Shown in pieces: positions 1-47,763 of a stretch of 64,000 nucleotides of DNA. Position 1 is the stretch's first letter. Each line of letters starts with the position of its first letter. Position numbers and translations under genes: made by a program. The stretch comes from Amoebidium appalachense (Eukaryota > Protista > Ichthyosporea). The stretch covers positions 558,001 to 622,000 of the forward strand of contig CAVNZM010000007.1 in assembly GCA_963693365.1 (NCBI GenBank). Reading direction: 5' to 3'. The notes below the pieces were generated by a model, which saw only the letters and a list, made by a program, of their open reading frames with translations, had not been told where the DNA came from and searched no databases.

Positions 1-34
1 TGCGCACCCGTTTTTTCCGTTTTATGTATGTATG

Positions 35-235
35 ACATCAGCCATGCGCACAGTATGCGTCATAAGCAGAGCCCATCCTCAGGGAGGACCAAGTCATCAA
101 TTGCGTCTGAGTTTCGACCCCTTAGCCCGCGTATATACGACGCTCCAACTCAGACAGCAACATCAACTGAACTTGGGGGGGTCAACCCGTCTTGATCGAT
201 ATCAAAGACGAGCAGGGTTGCTTATGCAAGCAAGG
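35..235 (-). mobile_element. Copy of the hammerhead-bearing repeat family
   Basis: 35-80 is near-identical to 11074-11118 (AGCCATGCGCACAGTATGCGTCATAAGC(A/G)GAGCCCATCCT). 61-235 is collinear with 11211-11375 (..CCGTCTTGATC..AGACGAGCAGG(G)TTGCTTATGCA(A/G)GCAAGG). Confidence 0.75.
68..183 (-). ncRNA. Putative hammerhead ribozyme, non-circularly permuted (copy 1)
   Basis: Minus strand: GUCUGAG-UU-GGAG (155-143), then GGGGUC-GAAA-CUCAGAC (121-105), then CUCC-CUGAGGA-UG-GGCUCU (86-68). Stems I, II and III can all pair. Predicted cleavage triplet GUU at 149-147. Confidence 0.6.
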
Positions 236-778
236 TGAGCAAAACGGTGAAGATGTGTGCGCAAACTAATGCAGTGCAGCGAAAAATGCGTATGTGCTTA
301 CAGATGCACGACACAGAGCAACCATGCCCGGTTGCATGGGGGGGGGGGTCTAACCGAAGAACCCGGAAAAAGGACCTGGATAGATCCGTGGTCAAGATTT
401 ATTGACACGGATAGACAGGCCGTAACATCACTACGATAACTCCACATAGAAACATACACATTCGTTCAATAACTCCAAAGCAGTATATTATTGATTATTA
501 CTTAACATGAGATTCGTTACCAACTGAATAAAAACTTATGAAAGATCAATGCGTGAAGTACGTGCCATGTCAATTGTGTGAACATACCCGATTAAAGAAA
601 CATCTGCTAGCTTCATGTCACCAAACTACATTTCAACACTGTTCGTGGTAATACGAGGCGAACTGTTCAAATTCGATAACTGTATCACTCATTACTGCAA
701 GACCTTGCATGCAATATAGACTGAACGAATCACATTACGACTCCCTTAACAACACGTGTAAGTCCCATACAGGGACCA

Positions 779-858
<80 letters not shown>

Positions 859-1589
859 TTCGTGTGTGTGTGTGTTCGTGTGTGCATGTTCGCACACGTG
901 TGTGTGTGTGCGTGTGTGCGTGCGTGTGCGAGTACACGTGCATGGGTATTTGTGTTAACATATGGGCGCATTGAGTTGATGTTGCGGTGTTTTTACCATT
1001 AACCTGCATGGATGCACGTGTATGTGTGTATGTCGATCTGTTGTCTGTGTAGGCATGTCTATGCGCGTGGATATCATGTTGCAAAAGCCCTTCGATTCAG
1101 CACAATACCATACAAGGAGCAAACAAAAAATGTGAGAGTAGGTTTAACGGTATCAAATCATGCGTAGACATTCACTCTTAACCCAACACAATCAACACCA
1201 TAGTTGATGGTTGTGTGATACACGACTCGTGTGTTGATATGATGTGTGTGGTGAGAGAACACTCGGGTGGGGCAGGGTGTGAATGTCAAGCGTTGCGAGT
1301 TCACTCTGGGTTGTATGAGTGTCTGTGCGTGCATGCATGTACTTGCGTGTTTTTAGGTATGTGTGTATGTGTGCATTGTGCGTGCGTGCCTGGGTGAGTG
1401 TGTGCTTGCATGTGTGTGTGCCCGTGCGTGCATTCCTGCCTGTTGTGTGGGTGTGTTGTGCGCGCATGTGTGTTGGTGGTGGTCACGGGGAATGGGGTTC
1501 CAGGTGGTCACTACTGATACACCAATTGAGATGGATGGATGCCACAACGCCTCAACACAAGAAGTGTGAAGGGCAAAAATGAGGTGACA

Positions 1590-18952
<17,363 letters not shown>

Positions 18953-19399
18953 CCTCCCTCCTGCTACCTGCTAGGTTTCATGCTCCCAAAAAAAGGTACA
19001 GCGGCACAAACAGATGTCTGCTCAAAAATGAGCGTACACTAGATTAGTTTTGTAAGAGATTAATATCTCAACAGCTATTCTTACTCTGGGTGTAAACAGC
19101 TCTGTTGCATGGTCCAGAGGTGGTATGGTAACAGAAACATCTGGCTAAATTGTTTGAGACTCTTGGCACTGCAAATGATTCATGCCACCACCACGTATGT
19201 GGTATGATTGAACGGCTAAGACGTGACTCTTCCACCTGAACGTGATATGCGTTTCGTTAGTGTTGCTATTACTACTTTTCCGATCCGGCAGTTTTTGGTA
19301 CCTTCCGGTTGTCAACTTGCCACCAAGCTTGGTTCGTTCATCTTTGTTGCGCTGTGTGCGCGACCATGGTCCAAAAAATGCGCATATCAATGAGCCACG

Positions 19400-19535
19400 A
19401 TTGACGTCACAGATCTTGCATTATTACCTCTAATCCAATCGCAGCAAGCAAAAACAGATGAGCCAATTGGCACTGGTTATGAGATCTTATCGTGTTACTT
19501 TATTTGGAAACACAATTCCTCATGCGCCCAATCAG
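19400..19535. promoter_or_regulatory. Putative DGK promoter: CRE palindrome plus CCAAT boxes
   Basis: TGACGTCA at 19402-19409 and CCAAT at 19435, 19463 and 19528, about 450-580 bp upstream of the DGK ATG in non-repetitive sequence. Confidence 0.35.
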
Positions 19536-20024
19536 ATTCGAGTAGATTAGATCCATGGCAGCGCGTAGGGTGAGCCGCCCACACAGCCACGCAAAAACGT
19601 GCGCCCGTCACACTGTGCACACACACGTGCTAAACAAGATATCACGTGTTCACACTCTGTGATCACGCGCATATATTGAAGGTGTCAGAAGGGAGAGTGG
19701 AATCCTGATCAAGAAGGGCGAGCACCTACATACATGCACGTGTGTTTGAAGATAATGTGTGCGCGCGCGTATCTGTGTCTGTGTCTGACAGCTGTGTGCG
19801 CATGCAATGTGCAACTTGTGTGATGTGTACATTATTTTGACTGTTTCAATATTATTGCATGCATTGCCCCAAAAAGCACGCTGTTGAAACCTGCGTGCCC
19901 CCCCCCAAAAAAGTGGCTGACTTCACCAAGTACACCACAGTAACCAGCAAATTCAAAAAACAACACATGCCATTTCTGCCATGTCCGATCTTGCAATCGG
20001 ATATCCGCAATTCAAAAAAAGACG

Positions 20025-20344
20025 CTACTCGGTAGACGTCCAGTCCTTTGCGATCTTGATTGTGTACTCAAAGTCCAGGTGGCACTGGTTGTCATCATCA
20101 ATGAACTGTGTGGGCAAAGGGAAAAAGGAATTGTTAGCGTGCGTGTGTGACAATGGCAGCCACAATGTGCTACCACACATTCAATGTCGCGACCGAGCAA
20201 GTGACTGTCGGATCCGCGGGGATCTACGAAGTTTGAACTGCCAAACAAAATGAAAAAATCGTATATGACTTGCCCCTACAGCAAACTTATAACCAACATG
20301 TGCACTCACCGGGGAGAAGGGGGGAGTGGGGGGAGGGGAGGGGG

Positions 20345-20378
<34 letters not shown>

Positions 20379-21001
20379 GGGAAGACTCGGGAGGGACAGA
20401 TGGAACATTTCGGAAGGAATTTGGGGCGGGAAGGGGGGGGGGGGGAGTCTCAGAGAGAGGACAGAGACCGAGAAAGCCTACGCTGAGAAGACTTGAGATG
20501 CATGTACCCTTTTTAATTAACAGCTTAATTCCAGAGTCAACTACTGGGCCACCTGACAAATTTCAATACGAAGCACAAAAACACACAATTTGAAGATTGT
20601 GTGTAGTTATCGGCCATCCCATACCATGCAAAAGTGAAAGTTAACACGCGTTTTTATAATAAAAAATTGAACACCCTGCTCAGGTTAACGAAAGACCCCC
20701 CCCCCTCCCCCCCCCCCCCCCCCCCCCCCCCTCCCTCCCTCCCCCCCCCCCCCCCCCCCCCCCCCCACACACACACACGTGCGTGTGTTCACACACAAAG
20801 CTAGCTCAAGGTTAAGTACATCCCATCCGGAGGAGAGGAGTGCACGTGGGAGATGGACACTCACGGGAAGGTGAGATGGGGAGGGGTGGGGTAGAAAAGA
20901 AGGGTTTTACAGTACATCTCGTACTTTCCCTACGGACAACATACAAAGACCTTAAGATCTTAAGATAATGTACAGAAAGCCCCATCATTCCGGGGGAGGG
21001 G

Positions 21002-21052
<51 letters not shown>

Positions 21053-21314
21053 CTTGAAAACGTTGAAATTGAAACAGATGTCCGACAGAAGTAAAAAACC
21101 AAAGGACCGAAAGAAAACCAAATGCATACGCAAACGACACTTTACAAAGAGCTCATGTTCAGGAATGGGGAGGAGGAGGGGGATGGGACGCCAAAAGGAG
21201 AAGGAAATAGGAGCTTGGGATGACGGTGCGAGTAGCTTAGGTTTTGATCGTGGCACAGTGGTTGTGCGTGCATGTGTGTGTGTGTGTGTGTGCGTGTGTG
21301 TGTGTGCGTGTGTG

Positions 21315-21348
<34 letters not shown>

Positions 21349-23380
21349 CATGTGTGTGTGTGTGTGTGTGTGTGGTGTGCTTGAGAAAGGGGGGGGGGGG
21401 GGGGAGGGTGGGGGGGGGGGGAGGGGAGGGCATGGGATGAGTGAGAGAGCGAGAGGGAGAAGGGGGAAGGGGGGGGGAGGGGGGGGGGGGGGGAGAGAAG
21501 GGGGAGGGGAACGGGGGAGGGAGGGAGGGAGGGAGATGTTTGAGTGTGTGGTGATTGTTTGTGTGTGTGGAGGCTTGCCTGCATGTTGATTTGTATTTTG
21601 AAGAGAAGTGGAGGGAGGAGAGGGGGGGGGGGGGGATATATGACTGCAGCCACCAATGAGTGATGCACCAGGAAAGCAGTACGAAACGAGATGGCTAAAA
21701 TCGCAAAGCAGAAAAGCGAAAAAGCTCAGGACAGGGCGGAGTATGTGTATGAGTGTGTGTTTTGGGGCGAGGGGGGGGGAGGGAGGGGAGGGGGGGGGGG
21801 GGGGGGAGGGGGAGGGAGGAAGGAAGAGGTACATGCAAGAAGAGACGGTTAGGCGCATCGACATTGGAGCGGGGAGGGGGAGGGGGAGGGGAGAAGCGGT
21901 CCGAATGTGTTAGAGTAAGATAAACACATTCACGATCGACAACACAATAAACACGGAGGCGGGGTGTGGCGATGGGGGAGGGGGGCTTGGGGAGTTGGGG
22001 GCGGCCGGGGGAGGGGGAGGGGGGGGGGGGGGGGGGGGGGAGGGAGGGTTCGCATAGTATGCACAAGGGGAAAGGTAGTAAGCAGCGGAGACGCGGGGCG
22101 GGGGGGGGGGGGGGGGGGGGGGGGAAAGGGAGGGAGGGAGGGAGCAAGGATGTAACGGAGTTGGGGGAGCGGGGGGATCCACCACGAGGATGTGTATGAT
22201 GGAACTGGAAAGGAAATGCGTAAAGAGAAACCACTCGCGGGAGGTGGGGGCGAGGGGGGAGGGAGGGGGGAATGCTCGGACACTACCACGGTTTGACAGG
22301 CTTTAATGATAACAAGACGGAAGGGTATGCAGGGCCATAGAAGAAAAGAATTTTTCAACGAAATGAACAGCCGAACCAGGAAGGAAACACCAAGGTGACA
22401 CCGGCAGATAAGTGACGGTCATATGAAGCTTATGTGTGGGGTATGTGTAAGGAAGGGCTGAGAGTAAACGGGGAGGCAGCCGTCCCAGGTCATTGGCTGG
22501 AAAGAAAGAGGGGGATTCTAAGATCGTACAGGGGACCCATGAGCAACACCAGAAGGAAACTGTAACAAGCAGGAGCAAATCAATGCAAGCCATGACATCA
22601 GCTGCAACTCAGACCCACCTTCATGTGTGCCTTGTACTCTCCTCGCGCAAGCATACCGGTGGGTGCCTCCACAAACTCCCCCCCACCGATGTCCAGGTTG
22701 CCAAACTCGCTCTTTGGGGGGTAGGACCCCAGCATCTCTGTCTCGCTCTGCAGTTTCTTGCCCATCTTCGACACAGTGCTCTGGATTTTCAATCCTGCAA
22801 CCACGGTGTGCTGCACCCGGAAGTGCACTCTGATCTTGTACTCTGCCCCCTCCTTGATCACAAGAGGCTTCTCCTTAGCCTTCTTCACGTCCTCTTCCTG
22901 CAAACGTCAAAAATCAGACATTGTGTAAGTAAAAGGGAGTCAAGCAAATTCCGGCACTAAGAACAACGAGTAAGCCAATCCGTAATAAAACGGCCAGTTA
23001 CAAATAGACAAGTTGCCCAAAAACCAACACTCACGAGCACAGCTGCACAACAACCCTATTAAGTCACCTTCCGTTTCGTCCGTTTGCTTCCCCACCCGTT
23101 CCATCACCCTAGAAAGGAAGTGCTTTTTCACCCAGACGACTAAAAGTCGCACCACAAAGATGTAACTACGCCATTTGGAGAAGAGAAGGAGCCTTACTGT
23201 GGCAACATTGAGCACAGCGGCTTCATGGCCGTCCTTGAAAATGATTTCAATCTTGCTGATGACTACACGACGGGGGTCGTCCTTAGGGGGAACATAGTCA
23301 GGGTCGATGCCAAGCGCTTTCAGGTAGGCGATCATGGCAGGATCATTCTTCTCCTTTTCGAAGAACTCTTTTTCTGACAT
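20025..23380 (-). CDS. ARHGDI: Rho GDP-dissociation inhibitor (RhoGDI), 180 aa, 3 exons
   Basis: Exons 23380-23198, 22897-22619 and 20105-20025, all phase 0 and GT-AG. Motifs DDPRRVVI, IKEGAEYKIRVHFRVQH, EMLGSYPP, EAPTGMLARGEYKA, FIDDDNQCHLDFEYTIKIAKDW match the RhoGDI Ig-like fold. Confidence 0.93.
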
Positions 23381-24550
23381 TTTGACGTTGAAAGCAAAAA
23401 GGGGAATGGAAGCAAATTATTATTACTAAATATTGTTTGGTCGTGCTTTGAGGAACCTTGGTGTGTCGGCTTTGTAAAGGGCTCCTGACGGTTTTAAAGA
23501 AAAGAGTGTACAAATAGGCAAAAGCTTTCGATACCGTCAAATACGTATGGTTATTCACAACTATTACTAATGTTTCATACATTCAGCACCCTTTTTCCAT
23601 GGATCCAGTCAAAACTTTTTGAACAAAAAACTGCCCGGGCCGGGGGGAAGAAACTTTCACGACCTTGAGCCAGCACTTGCCATATATGGCAGCTGTGCAA
23701 CTAGCACCTGCCTTTTTAGGCAGTTCTGTGGAACGCATGCTCTAGTAGCTTTGATTGGTGGTCCACCATAGCCAATCGAAAAGGGGACTTGATTACATTT
23801 TGCGTTTTTGTGTGGTGCTGTGTACACTGGGTGTACAGTCACGGACTCACGCGGTCTACAATAGCTCACGCCGTCACTGACAACTTGGGGCATGGCGTGG
23901 CCAGACTGGCTCGCCTTGAAATGCACAACTTGTGTAGCCTACACCCGTGCACACATGGACTCGCATGTAGGGGAGAGAGAAAAAGGGGAGAAGAGGGGGA
24001 AGCGGGGGGGAAGCAGGGCCGGGAGGCGGGGGGGAAGAAACTGAGGAGGGCAAACTTTTATCGAGCTGAAAGACCGTGACCATTGGCCCAACATACGATT
24101 TAGAAAACCCCGCAATACGATTAAAAAGGGGCATCCAATTAGTAAACACGACCCGGAAGGGTGTCAAAATGCTCGGAATTTGACAAAATACGATTAAGAG
24201 CGCCAAACCCAGGCAACCACTGGTGACCAAGGGTTTGCTAGGCGGGCGCCATAAAAGGGTCAATATCACTTCGCATGTGTGTGTGAGTGTGTGTGCATGA
24301 ACGTGCGGGTCCGTGTGTGTGTGCGTGATTGTGTGTGACACTGGTCGTGTGCGTGTATCTGTGTGTGTATGTTTGTGTATTTATGCGTTTTTCACGGTTA
24401 ATTGGTGTGTGTGTGTGTGTGTTCTATTGGGAGGTCAAGCACTTAGGGTATGCGTGTGCCCTCTTGGTCCGGGCATACACCTGTGTGTCTTCTATGGCCT
24501 TTGTATCGGTTGTATGTGTGTACATACGTGTGTGTGTGTGTGTGTGTGTG

Positions 24551-24670
<120 letters not shown>

Positions 24671-24715
24671 ATGCGCGTGGATGCGCGTGTTCGTGCGTGT
24701 GTGCGCTTGTGTGTG

Positions 24716-24793
<78 letters not shown>

Positions 24794-26091
24794 ATGTGTG
24801 TGTGGGTGGGTGGGTGGGTGGGTGGGTGTGTGTCACAGTGTGCTTGTATGTGTGTGTGCGCTGGCATGCGTTCTTGTACCTGTTCCGTTAAAGAAGGCTA
24901 GAAGAGGAGCCAGGAAGGGTGAAAGAAACTCAGTTAAGCGGGGTAGCAGGTGGAGGGGAAGGGGGGAGGGGATAGGAGGGAGAGAAAAAGAGGGGGAAAG
25001 CCTTTAGAAAGTGTGTGTGCGCGCTGCCATCACGGTGTACCACCACGCTTCAGCATATCGTGGCAGTGAGCACGTCTGCAGGAGCTTGCATGTGCCTGTG
25101 TTCACGTGTGTGAGCGCGCGTGTCACGGCGTGCACATATGTGTGTATGTGTGCTTGCGTTCGTGCGTACATTGATGCGTGCGCATGTGCGTGCTTGTGCT
25201 CAGCTGTGTGTCGTTGTCATGCTTTGGAATTTCGCATGTGCGCGCTTGTGTTTGAGTGTGCGCTTAGTACATACACCTGCCTGTCTGTGCACGTGCAGGC
25301 ATGTTTGTGTGTGCTTTCGGATTCATGTGCATGTTAGGTGCGTGTAGGTGCGTGCGAGAGAGAGAAAAAGAGGCTGTGTGTGGGTGTGCGCGCGTGCGCG
25401 TGCGTGTGTAAGTGTTGTGTGCGTGTGCATCACATACACCGTTGCGAGCTGTGAAGAGGTGCTAGCAAAAAGGCCAACAGCACTTCCACCCAACAGTGTG
25501 CACTTGTAAAGACGACGTCATGAGAAGGTCATGAGGTGTTACATCTAATATTTGGAGATATACCGTTTTTTTGTGTGTGTGTGTGTGTGTGTGTTGTGTG
25601 TGTGCACGTGCGTGTGTGTGTTTGCGTGTGTGTGTCTGTGTGTGTGTGTGTCACGGTGCCAGAGCAGTAGTACTGCAGTAGCTGAGTGAGTGCCCAGTTC
25701 CTCAGAGTTTCACACCCTGGGAATTACCAAAGTGCCTTACCAAAGCCAAAACAAGCTATGACCTACGCGATGTGATTGGTTTCATTTTTATCCTCTGGTA
25801 TGCAGTAACGTACACAAGGTCACAAGGCTGGGTCTCAGCGGCGGCTTCAGACCAGCAGCTGCCGTGCTGTGTGCCACACACATGCACCGTGTCCAACTAC
25901 GCACATGCCAGCAGCCACCAGAAACTTTCATATAGCACCCCGGGAGGATGCATGCATGTGGTAGCCCTCGTCGATATTAGCTTGTTTCAGAGGTTACTGC
26001 GTTACGCACCCTGCCGTTTCACTCAGCCGCGTCCTCCTTGGTTCCTTCCTCACACTCTCCATCTAAACATGCTGGAAGGGAACATGAGAAA

Positions 26092-43807
<17,716 letters not shown>

Positions 43808-45410
43808 TTCGTTAAACTGCAGTGGTTTTAAAACGGTGTAGCATAAAGAGTTAAAAGCATGGCGAATATATTTTCTTTTTAAATAGGTAAGGGGATGTTA
43901 ACCTGTTAACTGATGTAAGATGCAGTGGACTTTGTTGATAGTGACAGAGTAGTTGTATTGAAGCATGAATGTTGCCTGTCCGTCCGGGTGGGGAGGGGGG
44001 GGGGGGGGGAGGGGGGGGGGGGGGGGGGGGGGGGGGGTACGGTACGGCAGTGTGGGCATCTAAGGACATAACTTCCTGCCTGGATGCAGCGCTGACCAAA
44101 TGAAGGTCTAAAATGGGTGGCTTGCCCACTCCATATATAAATGAAAAGGCGCATCCCTGCCCCCCCTTGGCACCCCCCCCCCCCCCCCCCTTCCCCGGGC
44201 CCCCCTGGAGATAGATCTGTACAACGATCGAGAGCCCCTAGGTATAGGGTGATTGCACACTTAAACCGCTAAAAACCTGTGTTTGATAATTTATCACCGA
44301 ATTAAAAACGTAGACCCGATAACCATAGCCCTATATGTGTATCTGGGCCCTAAAAGGGAGTGCTGCTGCTCTCTTGACCCCCGGCTTCCGTTGCAAATTC
44401 AATTCAAATTAGTTAACCGTCCAACCCCCCCCCCCCCCCCCCTCTCTCGGGCACGGCCACTTTCAAGCAACCCTCCCCTCATCCCCCCTCCCCCCCCCCC
44501 CCCCCCCTCACCCTCCCCTTCCCGGGCCCACACACACACACCACCACCACCACAAATCTTTAAAAAAGAGAGATAAAGGAGAGAGAGAGAGAGAAAGGAG
44601 GGGAAGAAGATTAAAGAGAGGATTCCGAAGACAGAACAGTTATAATTCCGAAAAAAAAAAAAAGAGATACAGCACCCTTCATGCATGTCATGCTTACTTC
44701 AGCTAAGTCATGATAGCAATTATGCCGATATCTCAGTTGATTTGGATCGACGACATGCATATTGGCGACGACCGCTACATTGTCTGGTGGTGGCAGTCCC
44801 TCCCCCCCCCCCCCCCCCCTTCCCCGCCCGGCCCTCCCTACCCTCTCCCCTCCCCCCTCCGAGGCCTCCCCCCCCACCGGCCTCTATAAAAAAACTTTGA
44901 ATAAAGATAACCCCCGAAGCTCCTTTGAAATTTTACACGCGTGCACACTGCACACACACCACGCATGCGCGCGCACGCGCTGTGCATACGTATGTTAACA
45001 CATTTCGAAGAGAGCACAGAAGGCACTATAGAACTCCGGGTTTCTGCCGTCATGCATGGCCTAATACTAACTACAAACATCATATACTTGCCTGGATAAT
45101 CAGATCCTGGGAGGGCCGTGGTGGGTGGGTGGGTTGGTGGGCGGGGGGGGGGGGGGGGGGGGGGGGGGGAGGCACTAGTACTGCGCATGCATGCATAGGC
45201 GCAACCCTCTATCTAACTTCAACAATTTGTGCAACACTGCCAACTACTAGCTACATTTTAGCATGTACATTTGGGGCTATTGTGGTTGACAACAGGGCAT
45301 GCGTGCTAAAATGTACATGTTAATATAGTGCACAAGTCCTCCAGTACTGATGTGTGAAAAGAGTGGACCTTAGGGCAGGGCACATCTTGCGATGGAAGGG
45401 CTTTTGTGTA

Positions 45411-46153
45411 ACACGGCTTTATTTGTTTGCTCAGAAGACATATCACATCACACAGCTTTACATCAGAGAAATACACTGGAGTCAACCAGTATGTATATAC
45501 TACCTCTCATAGGCATTAACCAACATCTACATATAGTACTCACAGACATTTTACAGTCACTGCGTCATACAATCAGCTATATATCTCCCATTGGCAGAAT
45601 ACAACACGCAAATATATCTCACTAACTTTTCAAACACCATCTTTATATCCATTTCTTGTTTCTCATTATTTCATGGTTTTGTTTGTTTTCATTTTATCAT
45701 TTTACAACTTAGATATATCCCCCCCCCCCCCCCCCCTCCCCCCCCCCCCCCCCCCCCCCCCCCCCATTTTTTTTTTTTTATTTTTTTTTTGCGCAGTATA
45801 CTAGTATATACTCGTGTATCACTTTTCAGTTTATAGCACACTTATATCCCACACTTTTTGTTTTTACAACACGTATAAATTTCCCTTCCTTTTTTCTTTT
45901 TTTTGGTTTGTTCTTGCATTGTACAACACGTTTATGTCAACTTCGTGATTTTTTTTTTTTGCATTCTACACACGTAACACACGCACGCACACACGCACGA
46001 ACACACACACACACTATCTCTCCCCCTTGCCCATCACCCGTGCCACTCCCTGGCATTCTGATACCTCTCATCATAGAACCTCTGTCGCACAAAACAGTTC
46101 CAAGGAGAGAAGATAATCCGCATGATCCCAGTTTCAGCCATGTGATCAAACCA
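45411..46153 (+). repeat. Left arm of a ~750-bp diverged inverted repeat
   Basis: CTGGAGTCAACCAGTA, TACCTCTCATAGGCATT, ACAGTCACTGC and CCGCATGATCCCAGTTTCAGCCAT.TGATCAAACCA have reverse complements in collinear order in 47525-48279. Confidence 0.85.
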
Positions 46154-46500
46154 GATGACCCTTCTCCCCCCCTTCCCTAACCTCATTACTTTTGTGTTAA
46201 GTTCAATCGTTCTTTCTTTCTTGGCCCCCTCTTCCCTTACCGTAGCACGTGTAACGGGATACCGCACTCGCACAGGGACAGATGATTGGATGTTAAGTCT
46301 TACATGGTTTTAAATATAGATATATTACGACTGTTCTGCAGCATAATAGCGATGCAAATACTATCACTTGCGTGTTTTCTTCAACTGCCCTTTGGCCTCC
46401 CTTTCCCTCTCCGTTCTTGATAACAATCACATCTCCCCACAAAGTGACCCCCCCTACCCCTACATAGTGCAGACATATCTGCCCCGCACGTGCGCCCGCA

Positions 46501-46545
<45 letters not shown>

Positions 46546-46822
46546 CCCAGTATCTCCCCCCCCCCCCCCCCCCCCCCCATCATGCAGATTGCTCATTCCT
46601 CCTCCCATACCCCCGCAGGCTCTCAGTTCGGACCCACGACGCTTCACTCGGCAGCAACCAATAGCTGACGGCCAAAACAGCAACCAGGCGGCAAAGGAAA
46701 GGGAGGGGAGTGAGGGCATGCACGTGCAGGCACACGGCAACACGGCGGCTTTGGTGGGAGAGGGGTCAGTGTTGGTGGTGGGCCGAGTGGCAGAAGGAAT
46801 CGAGATCTTTACATGAATGGAA

Positions 46823-47100
46823 TGGAGGAATATCACGTGTTGAGAGCCAGCGACACTGCATGAGCATTGGAGGAATATCACGTGTTGAGAACCAACGACA
46901 CTGCATGAGCATTGGAGGAATGTGACGTGTTGAGAATCAGCGACACTGCATGAGCATTGGAGGAATATCACGTGTTGAGAACCAACGACACTGGATGAGC
47001 ATTGGAGGAATATCACGTGTTGAAAGCCAGCGACACTGTGTGGTCATTGGAGGAATATCACGTGTTGAGAATCAGCGACACTGCATGAGCATTCGAGGAA
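46823..47100. repeat. 45-bp minisatellite, about 6 copies
   Basis: Unit TGGAGGAATATCACGTGTTGAGA(G/A)(C/T)CA(G/A)CGACACTGCATGAGCAT starts at 46823, 46868, 46913, 46958, 47003 and 47048. No unique spacers. Confidence 0.95.
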
Positions 47101-47524
47101 CAACCACCGCTTCTCCCATGGGCGGCGAGTCACATTGATATCGTCATTCTGTGCACAGTTCTCATGCTGCCGTTTGGCGCCCAGCCTGAAAAAGGCGCAA
47201 AAACCGGATGTCGATATCATCGACCTCGGCATTTTGACGTCATTTCATTACGTCTCCCGATTGGTGATAGTTATCTGAAAAATGCAGCTCTCGGCTGTGG
47301 GCTGCCCAGCAGCTAAAATGCGAGGGGCTGAGCCCTTGAAGCAACGCGTGGTGGCGGCCAGTCAACGGCAGCACCACCCAGTGACGTCACAGCCAATGCT
47401 TTTCGGGGATCACATTGGCTTCATTTTTCAACTATGGGGCCACAGAGTCATGACCCATGCCCAAAATAGCCACCAGAAAGACACCATGATCAATTTTTGA
47501 CCTTGGCCCTCTGGGACTCTCTGG

Positions 47525-47732
47525 TGGTTTGATCAGATGGCTGAAACTGGGATCATGCGGACTGTCTTCTCTGCTTGGAACTGGTTTCATGCGACGAAGG
47601 GTTTATCATGTGGGGTATCAGAATGGTGGAGGGTGGAAAATGCCCGGGAGCGACATCGGGGATGGCAATGAGAGAGACAGAGATTGTTTACAATGCAGAA
47701 ACAAAAAAGGGATTTCTTTGTGTTTGTTTCTT

Positions 47733-47763
<31 letters not shown>

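Noticed and set aside
60-190. Canonical type I/II/III hammerhead fold
   Set aside because: No CUGANGA lies between the cleavage strand and GAAA, and no local stem III hairpin follows GAAA. Only the permuted pairing satisfies all three stems.
46823-47100. CRISPR-like appearance of the 45-bp array (also the 50-bp array at 60955-61262)
   Set aside because: Units are directly adjacent with no unique spacers, there are no cas genes, and the context is eukaryotic.
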